Under the pieces are notes generated by a model that saw only the letters and a program-made list of their open reading frames with translations, did not search any database and was not told the DNA's origin. A stretch of DNA of 63,585 nucleotides, filler included, from Sanchytrium tribonematis (Eukaryota), in assembly GCA_018985235.1 (NCBI GenBank). It is 6 parts of 6 records of this genome, joined end to end, with 100 filler letters (N's around TTAATTAATTAA, not from the genome) between each part and the next. Parts side by side here need not be neighbours in the genome. Positions count along the whole stretch, not along the records: positions 42,512 to 53,001 come from JADGIG010000295.1; positions 53,102 to 63,585 come from JADGIG010000296.1; 4 more parts are not named here. One strand, written 5' to 3'. Shown here piece by piece: positions 48,751 through 59,944 of this stretch (position 1 is the stretch's first letter; each line of letters opens with the position of its first letter). Made by a program: the position numbers and the translations under genes.

Positions 48751-49080
48751 TGATCGTAAAACAAGTAATGTTTCAATTTATTTCTTGTCCAAATCTTCGA
48801 AGATAAACTTATTTCGAAGATATTATTTTGATTCAACTAGAGAAATACCACTTGCTCCAGGCTTACATTTGCAGAATGTTGCCGAAATGTTCAATTTCGA
48901 CAATATTCAATGCATAACAGAATTGGATTTAAGTGGATTGTGGTCCATACTTCATTGAATTTTACTGCACACATTGTCACTCATTCATTTGCCACTAAAT
49001 TTACCTTGTACCACTAATGATAATACCCGTCTGTGATTGGTCTACGAGGATATTTATCTGAAAAAGTTGACCCGTGTGAC

Positions 49081-49362
49081 ATGCTGCATTACAATGAACA
49101 ATTATGTGAGTTGGTGCATGGCAATAATAATATTATTAGGACACTAGAAAAAGATATAGAGAAATTAGTTCATTTAATTGAGATTGAATCTGATCGGACT
49201 GGGAAACATTTCCCCCCTGCAAGAATCAGCTACAATAATAGCGTCAATATCGTCGACCAATTTGATGAGATGCTACACACTTTGCAGGAAAACTACAATT
49301 TATACTTAAAACTTCATAATTTACCAGACAAAAATCATCATTTCTTTTGGAAGCATAAATAA
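49081..49362 (+). CDS. Hypothetical protein
   Basis: Short ORF ending at TAAATAAA; no recognisable motif. Confidence 0.35.
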   Translation: MLHYNEQLCELVHGNNNIIRTLEKDIEKLVHLIEIESDRTGKHFPPARISYNNSVNIVDQFDEMLHTLQENYNLYLKLHNLPDKNHHFFWKHK

Positions 49363-49464
49363 ATATAAAAATTAAAAATGACATCCAAGTTTGTTGCCAA
49401 GTTGGGCGTTTGATTGGGCCATTTACCTGAGCATTTGTTAAAAGCAAACTTGAGCCAATTGTTT

Positions 49465-50115
49465 ATGTCAGAGAGAATTATTGAAGTTCTTGGAATGTCA
49501 TATCTAGCCTGCTGGTCTTTTTCTTTCTATCCCCAAGTATTCTCATGTCTACGAAAAAAATCAACAAAGGGAATATCCAGGTTATTCCTTTCTTTGAATT
49601 TAATAGGATTTTATTCATATTGTTTATATACGTTCAAATCACAATGGCTGGTCACACCAAGCGATAAAATATTTGCTGTCCATTCATTGATTCTATCTTT
49701 TATACTATACAGTATTAGCGTTGTGTACCGCGACATTACATTGAGGCAATTATTGCTCACTACTAGTTGTTTAATATTGCTAAATATTCTAGGCACAGTT
49801 CGATTAGGGTATATCAAATTATTTATAACAACAGCAAAATATTGCCCACAAATTCACAAAAATTATAAAAGTCAATCTACAAAAGGATTTTCCACCAAGG
49901 GCATACTACTTGACCTTCTCGGGAGTATCTTCTCACTTTCCCAACTGCTTTTACAAGGAACCGCATTGGGCTTTTCTCTTGCTCAAATTCTTCAAGCAAA
50001 TAGCACTAAATTTGGTATTTCCTTGATATCGATGTTCATGGATGTAGTTCTTATCATTCAATATTTTGCATATGACTGTTGGGATACTGAACCATTATTG
50101 CCAACGAGGCAATAG
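49465..50115 (+). CDS. PQ-loop transporter, cystinosin/ERS1-like
   Basis: LG..Y...WSFSFYPQ, KST.G.S, KYCPQ..KNY...ST.GFS...LLD..G. Confidence 0.85.
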   Translation: MSERIIEVLGMSYLACWSFSFYPQVFSCLRKKSTKGISRLFLSLNLIGFYSYCLYTFKSQWLVTPSDKIFAVHSLILSFILYSISVVYRDITLRQLLLTTSCLILLNILGTVRLGYIKLFITTAKYCPQIHKNYKSQSTKGFSTKGILLDLLGSIFSLSQLLLQGTALGFSLAQILQANSTKFGISLISMFMDVVLIIQYFAYDCWDTEPLLPTRQ

Positions 50116-50201
50116 ATTGGCTTCAATAAATTTATGCCTCTATTCTATTTTCTCAAAATTTGCGAGATTTAACGGAGATTTTGTTTCGATTCATATTCTA
50201 A

Positions 50202-53001
50202 ATGGCAATTATTCGTAAGGTCAACAAACACAATCATGGAAAACCAACAGGAAAAGTTTTGGAGCTCATTCAATCAATCCTTAATTTTAGTGTTAATGAT
50301 TTAACAATTCTTTTGGAATCGTTTATTTTGTGGCCATTTCGCAGAGGCGATTTGCATCATTGGATTGATGTGCTGAATGTTTTTGATCAGATTCTCGAAG
50401 AGCAGGCTAGCAAAAGCAAAAAATTTCAGCCTATTGACAACCGACTTGTCATTTCTATACTTAACTTTAGTAGACTTTTATTAGAAAGTTGTACAAATAG
50501 AACTATATACAATTCATACGAGCATCTAAATAACTTGTTGATGTGTCAAAATTTAGATGTAGTTGAAAATTGCTTGCTATTTCTATTGCGTCCCATTCAT
50601 AGAATTTCCTCACAAAGATATAAAGCACCAGTTCAATTAAGTATTAAGAGGTTGCAAGTTTTAAATCCAATAGTGGGGCCTTTGTTAGATGCATATCATG
50701 GGAAATTAAAGCTTAAATCGAACTTTACTTTTTTTCGCACTTCACTTCAGCAGCAATTTATTCAACAATATATGCAAGAAGAGCCCTTGCGAAAAAAGCG
50801 GAAAAGCAACCGCAAACGGCAGTCTAGTGTGCAAACTATAAACAGTGGTACAGTGAGTTTCAAAATCAATGTCGATACTAACAATGTGTTGGACTTATTC
50901 CGAAAGTATTCAAAATCAAACTTTATGGAATTCCCTTTGATTCAAGATTCTGATTACAAAGATGCCATTGAGCTGAACGAGCTACATTGTTTTCAATTAT
51001 TTTACTTTATTCAGTGTCAAGTTGCAAGTCATTACAATGTGAAATCAACTATTGCACAACTACTGAGAATTAAAATTATAAGCACTTGCCTACTAAATCA
51101 TCTTAATCAGGACACAAATGAGCCCCATTATACGAATCAATTATTACAATTGGTAGAAAATTCTATGGGTAATCTAGATCGTATTACTTTTTACAGTTTG
51201 TACTGTCTCGAATCTCTCGTACGGCAGCATCAGTCTTTAATTAGCCAATCCCTACTTACTAGGCTTTTCACTCAATTTCAAGGTTTATTTTCTGTTGAGT
51301 TTAATTTGACTAATGCCAGCTGCTTACTCTACGTTTTAGATGCAATATTTGTACTTTACACTCATGTGATGTATAATAATAATTTTCAATTGGTAACAAA
51401 TGGAGGTTTATTTGAGCAAATATTAAATGTGTTGTCAGATTTTAATCAGAACGAAGGCCCTGTGTTTAAAAGTTATATATGTAACATGTTTAAATTTAGA
51501 TGCTGTCATTTTATAGATTTGATTATTTATACTCAGCCTTCAGTCTATGAATTGTTTAAAAACGCAAATGGAATCGCAATTCTGGAGCGAGCAATACTAG
51601 ATAATTTAAATTTAGAAAGCCAGGAGTCCCTTATGTTCACAAGCTCGATGATTTATACAAAGTCACTTTTAAAATTTATTCAGCATTTGATTAGTAGCAC
51701 TGGAACCAATATTAATGTGAGGCATCTGTTAGAAACTAAAATTATTCAAGCAATGACCACTTACATCAAAAATCACACAGACGACGCTATTTTAGGCGTT
51801 GTATTTAATATCTTATCTACTTTTATACACGTTGAACCAACATGCTACTTGATACTGCAAGAATCGGAAATAATTTTAAATGCCTGCAATTTACTGGAAA
51901 AATATGTGCCATTAACTATGGATGGTCTGCAATATTTGCCAAAACTATTTAGCGCGATCTGTCTCCAACCGTACGGACTCAATCTTTTAACGGATAAGAA
52001 CATATTGACAAATTTTTTTGATATATACACTAATCCATTGTATGTAAGTGATCTGAATGAATTAGATACTAGCAAGGCATTGGGAATCGGTATGGAAGAG
52101 TTAATTAGACATCAGCCTGAATTGAAAAGCAATATAATCCATTTAATAACAAATGTGAACCAAAAAATATTGAGTATGAATTTGGAATTTAGTATTGCAG
52201 ACAAGCAGCAGGCTGGAGTGATTTTGACCAATGTATTATTTAAAGAACATACTCCTTTGCTAGTCTCTTTTATTATTGAAGTATATGCAAAATTTCTGTC
52301 TGGTTTTTTTCAAAATCAACAACATACAGATATTTTTATGGAAAGTAACGGTATCGAAATATTAAAGCTTTTTAAACTTGATGTACAATACAATTTCGCC
52401 AGTAGTAAGGCTAGCTACTTTCTTAGTCATGTAATTCATAGCTGTTGTGAAACTCATTTTCAGAAAGTAGTTGATTTTATGCTAATGGAAATGAAGAACT
52501 TATTTGAGTCGCATGCTGATTATTTAATTGATGTTGACTTAAATAATCAATCTGAAGGACTCATTTATTTTTTGAAAACATGGTATGGATATATTGGTAT
52601 TTTAAGTGATTTATTTAATCCAAACCAATTAAATAGGCAGGCAATTAAGCTTAGGTCACTGGATATTATTGTTAAAGTTCACGCATATGTTATAAAGCAA
52701 GGAAGTCTGCTGCGTCAGTCTCCAATTAATTCGTTCAATGATGTTAAACCTAAAGCAAATATATCGGGAATTCTATCAGTTTGGAACTATCAAGCCTTAG
52801 ACCATCCTTTATCTTTAAATGGCAAGATTATTAATGGTCAGCATTCGATTGATTATTTAAACATACATATATTTAAATCTTTATTTCAAAGTATTCATAA
52901 CTGCTCAACTTCATTCATATTAGGCGTCCTAAAAAGTAGCGTACCTAAAAGATTTAATGATCCTTTAAATAAGGAGCATGTTGTCGGGATAGTCAGATCT
53001 C
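50202..53001 (+). CDS. TOM1: HECT E3 ligase HUWE1/Tom1, N-terminal part, 3'-truncated
   Basis: W.F.RGDLHHWIDVLNVFD, ILNFSRLLLE.C.NR..YNSYEHL, FIH.EPT, EELIRHQPELK. Confidence 0.88.
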
Positions 53002-53101
53002 NNNNNNNNNNNNNNNNNNNNNNNNNNNNNNNNNNNNNNNNNNNNTTAATTAATTAANNNNNNNNNNNNNNNNNNNNNNNNNNNNNNNNNNNNNNNNNNN
53101 N
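53002..53101. other. Artificial contig linker
   Basis: Ns + TTAATTAATTAA. Confidence 0.97.
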
Positions 53102-53893
53102 AGCAATGCAAGATGCTATATTGATTCTTCCTCCATCTAAACCTTGCATTGCTATTTTGAATCCCTGACCTTTTTGACCTAGCAAGTTATTCTTAGGTAT
53201 CTTGCAATTATCAAATATAACCGACCTTGTAGGTTGTGAGTTCCACCCGAGCTTATTTTCTTTTTTCCCAAAAGACAAGCCATCAGTTCCCTTTTCGATT
53301 ATAAAAGAGCTTATTCCTTTGGGTCCATCGTCTGAGGTTCTAGCCATAACGAGATAGAGGTCTGATTGACCTGCTCCACTAATAAAAGCCTTTGATCCAT
53401 TCAAAATATAATGATCGCCTTTTTCAACAGCCGAGGTGACAAGTGAAGCTGCATCACTACCAGATGAAGGTTCAGTTAAGCAATATGAAGCCAGTTTGTC
53501 CATGGAAGTTAAATGGTGCAGATGCTGTTCTTTCTGCTCGGTGCTGCCAAACTTATCTATCATGAATGCCACCATATTGTGAATTGATATATAAGCTGTA
53601 GTAGAAACATCGTGCTGGCTTAAACTCTCAAATATGATGGATGCATCTAGTCTTTTAAGATCTGATCCTCCGTACTCAGAGCTTACATAGATTCCACCAA
53701 ATCCCAATCCTGCGGCTTCCTTTAGCACGTTGTGTGGCAAGTCCTCTTGTTTTTCATCTAATATTTGCATAGTTGGCTTTAACTTTTTTTCACCAAAATC
53801 GTTTGCCAGGTAGTAAAATTCGCTTTGCTCCTTAGTCAATCCTATTGTGGGACTTAGTGCAGAAATGCGCCTCTTAACATTTCTAAGAAGCAT
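53102..53893 (-). CDS. ACAD8: Isobutyryl-CoA dehydrogenase (ACAD8-like), 3'-truncated
   Basis: [55 protein letters not shown]. Confidence 0.9.
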
Positions 53894-53924
53894 GTTTTAA
53901 ATTTTGAAACTTAAATATCAATTT

Positions 53925-55212
53925 TTATTTGGGTATTCGAGATAGTCGGATGTAATTTTGTACGTGATACAATAAAAGTAAGAAAATAATGGCCGAGGCT
54001 ACAGATATAGAAACCTTAGTATCAATAGAACGTTGATATAATTTGTCTGCAAATTTGTTGTTCCAATTATTATATGATTGAGAATTTTCTAGGTGAACAA
54101 ATTGAGGATGTGTAAAAAACTGCCTTATTATAGTCGCTGATGAGAATATGTCGACAATCATTGAGTCTCCGTTTAGAATAAATTTTGGACGAATCGAATT
54201 TTTGTCGACAACCAAATATTGCTGTTCCTGAGCACTTAGATCGGTCAAATTTATGGAGAATGATATAGGTGTGATTCCTTGCAATATCTTGTCATCCACA
54301 ACAATGGATTGAATGGCTTCTGAATCGGACATATGGATGAGATTCCATGCCATTAACTGAATTTTCAATTTTGGATTTGTCGACAAGGCTAACTAAATTA
54401 GTTTGATGTACAGTATCTGATTTTGTATAATAAGAAAATCCTTCTCTATTTACAAGTGACATATTTGGGTTGTTATAACAGTTTATATAATAATCTAAGT
54501 GAATTATGCCTTTATTCGTAAATCTTTGACAGTTTCCAACTGTACAATTCAGGTCTGGGACTGTTTTAATAACCTGACAGTTGATCTTTTTTGAGGTGCT
54601 GCATGTTGCACCGGACCTGTCTACTGGACAATCGCAAGAAGTATCACGGACGATGGATGTATTTGCTAATGAGGGTAATATTCTGCAACATTGTCCATTG
54701 TAAACGACACTGCTCGCATTCAACTGCGTGGTATCATTGGAGCTTATGGTGTCCAAGTAATTGAGAGCCATACTGCTATTATATAATGTTGAGTTGGTGT
54801 TATTAAAAACGGTCGAATTGTCACAAGTGAAATTCAGCTGATTAAATGATGGTCTATCTGAATAAATGTATTCCGGATCTATATTCATGATGGCTCTTCC
54901 ATTATTCCAGCTTCCATTATTTAAATTTAATGAAGTGGAACAGAAATCTTGGCAAAGTGGAACAAATAGCTGATTTGTTGATGAAATGGAAATATTGACA
55001 TTACCACATTGAAATCTTAATTTTGTATTTTGTATTTTTCTTGCAGATATATCGCATTTTATAGAATCTCTTTTGAATAATTCAACCTGATCGGATTGAC
55101 CTGTTATTATCACTTTTGTTTCTAATGCGTTATCTGATGTGCCATATATTGAAGAAAGGATCTGGATCCAAATATCAATATTTTTAAAATATTTAAAACT
55201 AAAAAATTCCAT
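53925..55212 (-). CDS. Cys-rich (EGF-like) single-pass membrane glycoprotein; exons 55212-54412 and 54392-53925
   Basis: CDCPVDRSGATC, many N-x-S/T sites, C-terminal TM; a 19-nt intron joins the two ORFs (1269 nt in frame). Confidence 0.7.
54393..54411 (-). other. 19-nt spliceosomal intron GTACATCAAACTAATTTAG
   Basis: GT-AG with a CTAAT branch motif abutting TTAG; restores the frame. Confidence 0.85.
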
Positions 55213-55299
55213 TAATTTTTCTAAACAATAATGACGTCCTCAAACATAGATCATGAGATTTTATGATCAATTAACTAATGGCAACGTTTATTGATATAA

Positions 55300-56526
55300 T
55301 TAATATTTGAATTTTTTACGAAAGCTTTTTGAATTTTCCGATGACCTTTTCTTTGGTCTTTGCTCTTCGACTTTAATAGGATCCTTAGTTTTAATGTTGT
55401 ATTTCTTTTCGCTACCGACTATAACATCTTTCTGAACACTGACTTTTTCCTCTCCTATTATTGTGTAAAGCGATTCTTGCTTGTTTATAGGTGAGTGAAC
55501 CATTTTTGGCCTATTATTCGGTTTCTCCCTTTCAGGTCCAATGTTTTCCACTGGGATAGCAGCATTATTTGTATTCTGCATATCAACTGCGGGTTCAAAA
55601 TTCTTAATATCCTCAATTTCCATTTCGTCGGGCTGATCATCAATCATTTCACCAAATCTAGGTTCAGGTTTAATCCAGTATTTCGTATTTGTCTTTTTCT
55701 TCTCCTCAATGCCAAAAACATCACCATATAACGACCTGCCATGTAAATCTACTGGAGGTTTGCCATAACCTGAGCTGTGGTAGCCCCATGAGCTACCTTT
55801 TGGAATGGGCGCATTTACACCGGGAATTTTTAAGCCAGGGTAGCTAGGCGGTGGACCATATCTTTGCATATTGTAAAGGTAAGAAGGCGGGTCTTTTGGT
55901 CCCATACCCAAAGCTCTTTTCAATTCATCGGATAAATTACCACCGGCCCGTTGAGCCTTGACTTTAAGTTCGAATTCCTTTCCTTCATAAAAACATTCTC
56001 CAAATTTTGTCATTTGAGGCTTCTCCTGATGCTTAAAAAAAGCATCGTGAAGAATTTGATAGTCGATTTCTAACTTGTGAATTTTTCCATGTAATCTTGC
56101 CCTCACTTTTTGCTTCAATTTCTGTTGATCCTCCTTTTCTTTGCCAGCTTGCCTTAGCTCACTGATGTTGGTATCCTTTATGTATTTAGGAAGTTCATAA
56201 GGCATTTTTTCGATACCTCTTTTAGATTGCAAATATTTTCGCTTACTGCTCCAATGTGCTGGTACTGGAACTACATTTAGTTTTGATTTCAATTCAACTA
56301 AAAAGATAGGATCCTTTGCATCACAATCCACCCATTCTACATTTTCTGGTTTCTTTGCTCTTGATTTTAATTCTGTTAAAGATATTTTATTTTTCTTATT
56401 TTGCTTCATTTCTTGGCTCGTAACCTCTTCTATTTTGGGCCTTTTAAAATCTATTTCTTTAGGAGTGAATCGGCTTAAAACGCTTGAAAATTCTTTAGGT
56501 AAATCAATTTCCATAAGAGAATCCAT
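55300..56526 (-). CDS. SF3B2: U2 snRNP SF3b subunit 2 (SAP145/Cus1)
   Basis: VPVPAHWSSKRKYLQSKRGIEK, IDYQILHDAFF, YEGKE, MQRYGPPPSYPGLKIPG. Confidence 0.95.
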   Translation of the reverse strand: MDSLMEIDLPKEFSSVLSRFTPKEIDFKRPKIEEVTSQEMKQNKKNKISLTELKSRAKKPENVEWVDCDAKDPIFLVELKSKLNVVPVPAHWSSKRKYLQSKRGIEKMPYELPKYIKDTNISELRQAGKEKEDQQKLKQKVRARLHGKIHKLEIDYQILHDAFFKHQEKPQMTKFGECFYEGKEFELKVKAQRAGGNLSDELKRALGMGPKDPPSYLYNMQRYGPPPSYPGLKIPGVNAPIPKGSSWGYHSSGYGKPPVDLHGRSLYGDVFGIEEKKKTNTKYWIKPEPRFGEMIDDQPDEMEIEDIKNFEPAVDMQNTNNAAIPVENIGPEREKPNNRPKMVHSPINKQESLYTIIGEEKVSVQKDVIVGSEKKYNIKTKDPIKVEEQRPKKRSSENSKSFRKKFKY

Positions 56527-56547
56527 GTTGAAACGAATTCTCCAACT

Positions 56548-57780
56548 ATGATTTTTTTGTTGTACTATTCCCAGAAGTTTTCACAATTTAGAGAAGCGGA
56601 ACTAGCTGCATTAATGGCTATGAATAACACAGAGTATAATTTAATAGAATTTAATGTTGATAGTCCATTCGTTTTGATTGAAACGGAAATGGGAATAAAG
56701 GCGTTGGCTCGATCAGTACTAATTAAATCTATATATCGATTCTTATATAAGGGGAGCTCCTTTGAAGAAGTCGCTTCTAAAATTGACTCAAATGATTACT
56801 CCGAACACTTGAATTCCACATTCAAGTTTGATATACAATCTTTCGGGAAAGCACAATCTAAAGAATTGGCGTTTAAGGAAATTGGCTCGAAAATGGGATT
56901 ACTTGGCCGAATTGATCTGACCACACCCAACGTCGTTTTTGGAATTTTTCAGTTTCATGACCTCTCAAGAATCTTGAAATACATTTACGTTGGTATCTCT
57001 ACAAATATTAAAACGTCCCATCACTTAATTAACCGTTTTGATCTTAAAAAGCGCAAATACATAGGTACGACTAGTATGGATAGCGGTCTCTCGTTATTGA
57101 TGGCAAATTGTGCGAAAATTTCGAAAGGCGATATCACTTACGACCCATTCACAGGTACTGGGTCCATGTTGGTAGTTGCAAGCTATTTTGGTGCATTTAC
57201 AATTGGTAGTGATCTTGATGGAAGGCAATTAAGAGGAACTATGAAAGGTGCGAAAAAAAACACCAATGGCGTTTTTGGAAATATGGAGTATTACGATCTA
57301 AGCCAAAATTACATTGGAAGCTATATTTTGGACTTTTCTAATCCATGTATGCGAAACATTGAGTTAATTGATTCAATTATTTGCGATCCGCCATATTGTA
57401 TACGTGCATCGGCGAAAAAAATTGCTTCAAGCTGCACCCTAGCAGGCGAAAATCCAGAAAAATCTGTTGCAAAATTTCCAGATACAGAAGGATACTTTCT
57501 AGACCAGATTGTGAATGATCTTCTCAATTTTTCTGCTAAACACTTAAAATTGGGTGGTCGACTTGTGTATTGGCTTCCTATGATACATGATGAAGATAAG
57601 AACACAATTTCCATACCATTACATCCTAGTTTAAAATTAATACATAACCCCTGCCAAGTATTTTCCAAATGGACTCGTTATATGGTCATAATGGAAAAGG
57701 TAAGAGATTTTAAAACAGGCTCTCAAGCGAATAGCAATTTAAAAGAATTCCGGCAGGGCTACTTTGCTAAGGCGCAATAA
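56548..57780 (+). CDS. TRM11: tRNA (guanine10-N2)-methyltransferase
   Basis: LKKRKYIGTTSMD, YDPFTGTGS, IICDPPY. Confidence 0.92.
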   Translation: MIFLLYYSQKFSQFREAELAALMAMNNTEYNLIEFNVDSPFVLIETEMGIKALARSVLIKSIYRFLYKGSSFEEVASKIDSNDYSEHLNSTFKFDIQSFGKAQSKELAFKEIGSKMGLLGRIDLTTPNVVFGIFQFHDLSRILKYIYVGISTNIKTSHHLINRFDLKKRKYIGTTSMDSGLSLLMANCAKISKGDITYDPFTGTGSMLVVASYFGAFTIGSDLDGRQLRGTMKGAKKNTNGVFGNMEYYDLSQNYIGSYILDFSNPCMRNIELIDSIICDPPYCIRASAKKIASSCTLAGENPEKSVAKFPDTEGYFLDQIVNDLLNFSAKHLKLGGRLVYWLPMIHDEDKNTISIPLHPSLKLIHNPCQVFSKWTRYMVIMEKVRDFKTGSQANSNLKEFRQGYFAKAQ

Positions 57781-57824
57781 ATTTTAAATTATATATCTTG
57801 AACAGAGTTGGAGAGAACCAGGAG

Positions 57825-58604
57825 ATGTTGAAAGTATTACTTCGATCTGCTGTCATTCCTGTGCAAAAACGAGATCCATATAATTTATTCAAGAAGCTCA
57901 AAGAAAAGAGCACAGATAGCTCTACTATAATTGAGCGAATTAAGGGTTCCGAAACAACACCATTATGGAATCTGGCAATAGATACTGCAGGTAAAGAAGG
58001 TAAGGGATCTACTGCAATCTGGAAAATGTACAACACAATGAAGAAAAGACATATAAAACCTAATAATCAAACTTTCACAATAATGTTCAAATACTTATCA
58101 AGCACATCGGCGTTTGCTAATAATGAGAGGCTTATTAAATTATTTGGGCAAATTCCGGACGTCAACGAAATCCATGTGAATTCGTTTATGAAAGCACTAT
58201 GCTTCAATGGATTTTATGATACTTTTTTCGCTGCTTTTTATCAATTGAGAGATAGTCAGCCATATGACTCAAAAAATCTATTGACAACGCTACCTTCGCT
58301 GCCAATGAATACCGTCAAAAGCAAATTGGAAAATTTTTCAGCTAATCCTTTGATTTTCAAAAGTGGATTTTCAGGCCTTTTGCGCTGTCCCATATATGCT
58401 TGGAAAGAAAATGATAGCGATCTTATCGCGTTTCGTCAACTTTGGAAAGATCTCATTCGAAGAATTAAATTAGGAAACAATGTACATGATGGTTTGGTTC
58501 ATTTATCTATTATCGATTATTTGAAAAAAAGAATTAAATCAAAAAAGGATGTTCGACAGTTGCTTGAAGAATTAGACGAGGCCAAAAAACTAAGGTTCCA
58601 ATGA
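57825..58604 (+). CDS. Mitochondrial pentatricopeptide-repeat protein
   Basis: WNLAI....W.MYNTMKKRHIKPNNQTFTIMF PPR motif; basic N-terminus. Confidence 0.7.
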   Translation: MLKVLLRSAVIPVQKRDPYNLFKKLKEKSTDSSTIIERIKGSETTPLWNLAIDTAGKEGKGSTAIWKMYNTMKKRHIKPNNQTFTIMFKYLSSTSAFANNERLIKLFGQIPDVNEIHVNSFMKALCFNGFYDTFFAAFYQLRDSQPYDSKNLLTTLPSLPMNTVKSKLENFSANPLIFKSGFSGLLRCPIYAWKENDSDLIAFRQLWKDLIRRIKLGNNVHDGLVHLSIIDYLKKRIKSKKDVRQLLEELDEAKKLRFQ

Positions 58605-58634
58605 TGGTCAATAAAATTTATGTGATAAGCCACA

Positions 58635-59750
58635 ATGAGAAACTACCTTGTCTCAAGATACGGATATTCAAATTATCAGTACTTTGTATTTCTTCAACGC
58701 GTTATAAAAATTTTATCTATTTTAGGAATTATAGGCTTGTTGCCTCAATTGACACATTGGGAATACTCGAAAATCACTATTGACTCGCTTTTGATCACGT
58801 CGTATTACTTACCGGAAAAGCTGTATTTGCTAGGGAGTGGGCTAATTCAGATGGTTGTGATAATGCTAACTGCAATTAATGCAAAACACGATAGATATCA
58901 AATTTATCCTGAATTGCATAAGGCTTCTATTGTCAATGATAAAATACCAAAGCGTCACTTACGAGGAAAATTTTTTAAGAGCATCAAAAGATTTATATCC
59001 TATATTGTCTTCGCAATAATAGTTGCCGTGGTTGTGGTGGTCTCATTCTTCATCGAAACACTTCCGAAGGATTTCTTAACTCAAGATAAATCTGCCGTAG
59101 CCACAGCCTCTTTTAAAGATCAGCAAACAATTCTATTGGCGGCTTTTATTATCCTTATCCACCTACAAGCTAATGCCATTTGTCATGCACTGACGCAATT
59201 TGAAGATCATTCTACATGGTCAACTTATCAACAGCAATATTTTGTGAAAGTTTTATGTCTCAAGGTCAGTTCTTCCTTGGCTTCCTTTCTCGGCATTTCG
59301 TTTCTTAGTGTCGATCGAAAAAGTAGCATTCAATGTACAATTCCTGATTATTCCATTATTCTTATAGTATTTAGTTATTGCGTTAAGTATCTCGAAATAA
59401 TTGTGTTATTTATTGCTTACAAACTTAAAATTCTCAAAGCAAAACCAAAATTTGACATAGCAAATGAGTTTGCAGACTCCATCCACAAGTGTTTCTTAGT
59501 ATTTGCAACTTTTTTCGGGTTCCCAACTTTAGGTATATTTGCAGCTGCGATTTCTATTGTTCACTATTTTGGCTTAATTTTATCTCTCAAATATTTTTAT
59601 GACAAGCCTCGTCAATACAGTTTATCTATGATGCCACTCGTGGATCAAACATTTTGCTACGTGTGCTGGATCAGCTTGATCTCTTCTAGAATGGCTGTGG
59701 TACCTGCAACTGTAGAGGTCTATTTGAATAATACTTGTCTTCAAAGCTGA
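58635..59750 (+). CDS. Transmembrane channel-like (TMC/anoctamin superfamily) protein, compact
   Basis: RYG.....YFVFL, LTQFE.H..W..Y....F.K, KPKFDIA.E, F.FP.L; multiple TMs. Confidence 0.55.
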   Translation: MRNYLVSRYGYSNYQYFVFLQRVIKILSILGIIGLLPQLTHWEYSKITIDSLLITSYYLPEKLYLLGSGLIQMVVIMLTAINAKHDRYQIYPELHKASIVNDKIPKRHLRGKFFKSIKRFISYIVFAIIVAVVVVVSFFIETLPKDFLTQDKSAVATASFKDQQTILLAAFIILIHLQANAICHALTQFEDHSTWSTYQQQYFVKVLCLKVSSSLASFLGISFLSVDRKSSIQCTIPDYSIILIVFSYCVKYLEIIVLFIAYKLKILKAKPKFDIANEFADSIHKCFLVFATFFGFPTLGIFAAAISIVHYFGLILSLKYFYDKPRQYSLSMMPLVDQTFCYVCWISLISSRMAVVPATVEVYLNNTCLQS

Positions 59751-59944
59751 TGTGTTCAAATATTTCAATTTTATATTGTCAAGTTCAAAGAGCACAAAAT
59801 GTCTAAAAATAAACAAGTTCGTCCTGATTTTCAAACCTATGACTCTTGTGGAACATTTCAAGGTATTTTAATTGCGGCAAATTCAAAAAATTGATTGGTG
59901 TCGTCTGAGACGTTCTTGAAAATGTGATTTAGACACTAGTATAA

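Noticed and set aside
48768..49080. Possible upstream exon(s) for ORF 49033..49362
   Set aside because: No GT-AG intron of the local type bridges the stops; not supportable
10560..53101. Recurrent TTAATTAATTAA palindrome every ~10.6 kb, and gene neighbourhoods across the gaps (e.g. a PRP8-SF3B2 'cluster')
   Set aside because: Artificial linkers; contig lengths fall monotonically (10559, 10530, 10520, 10502, 10490, 10484), so these are size-sorted unrelated contigs
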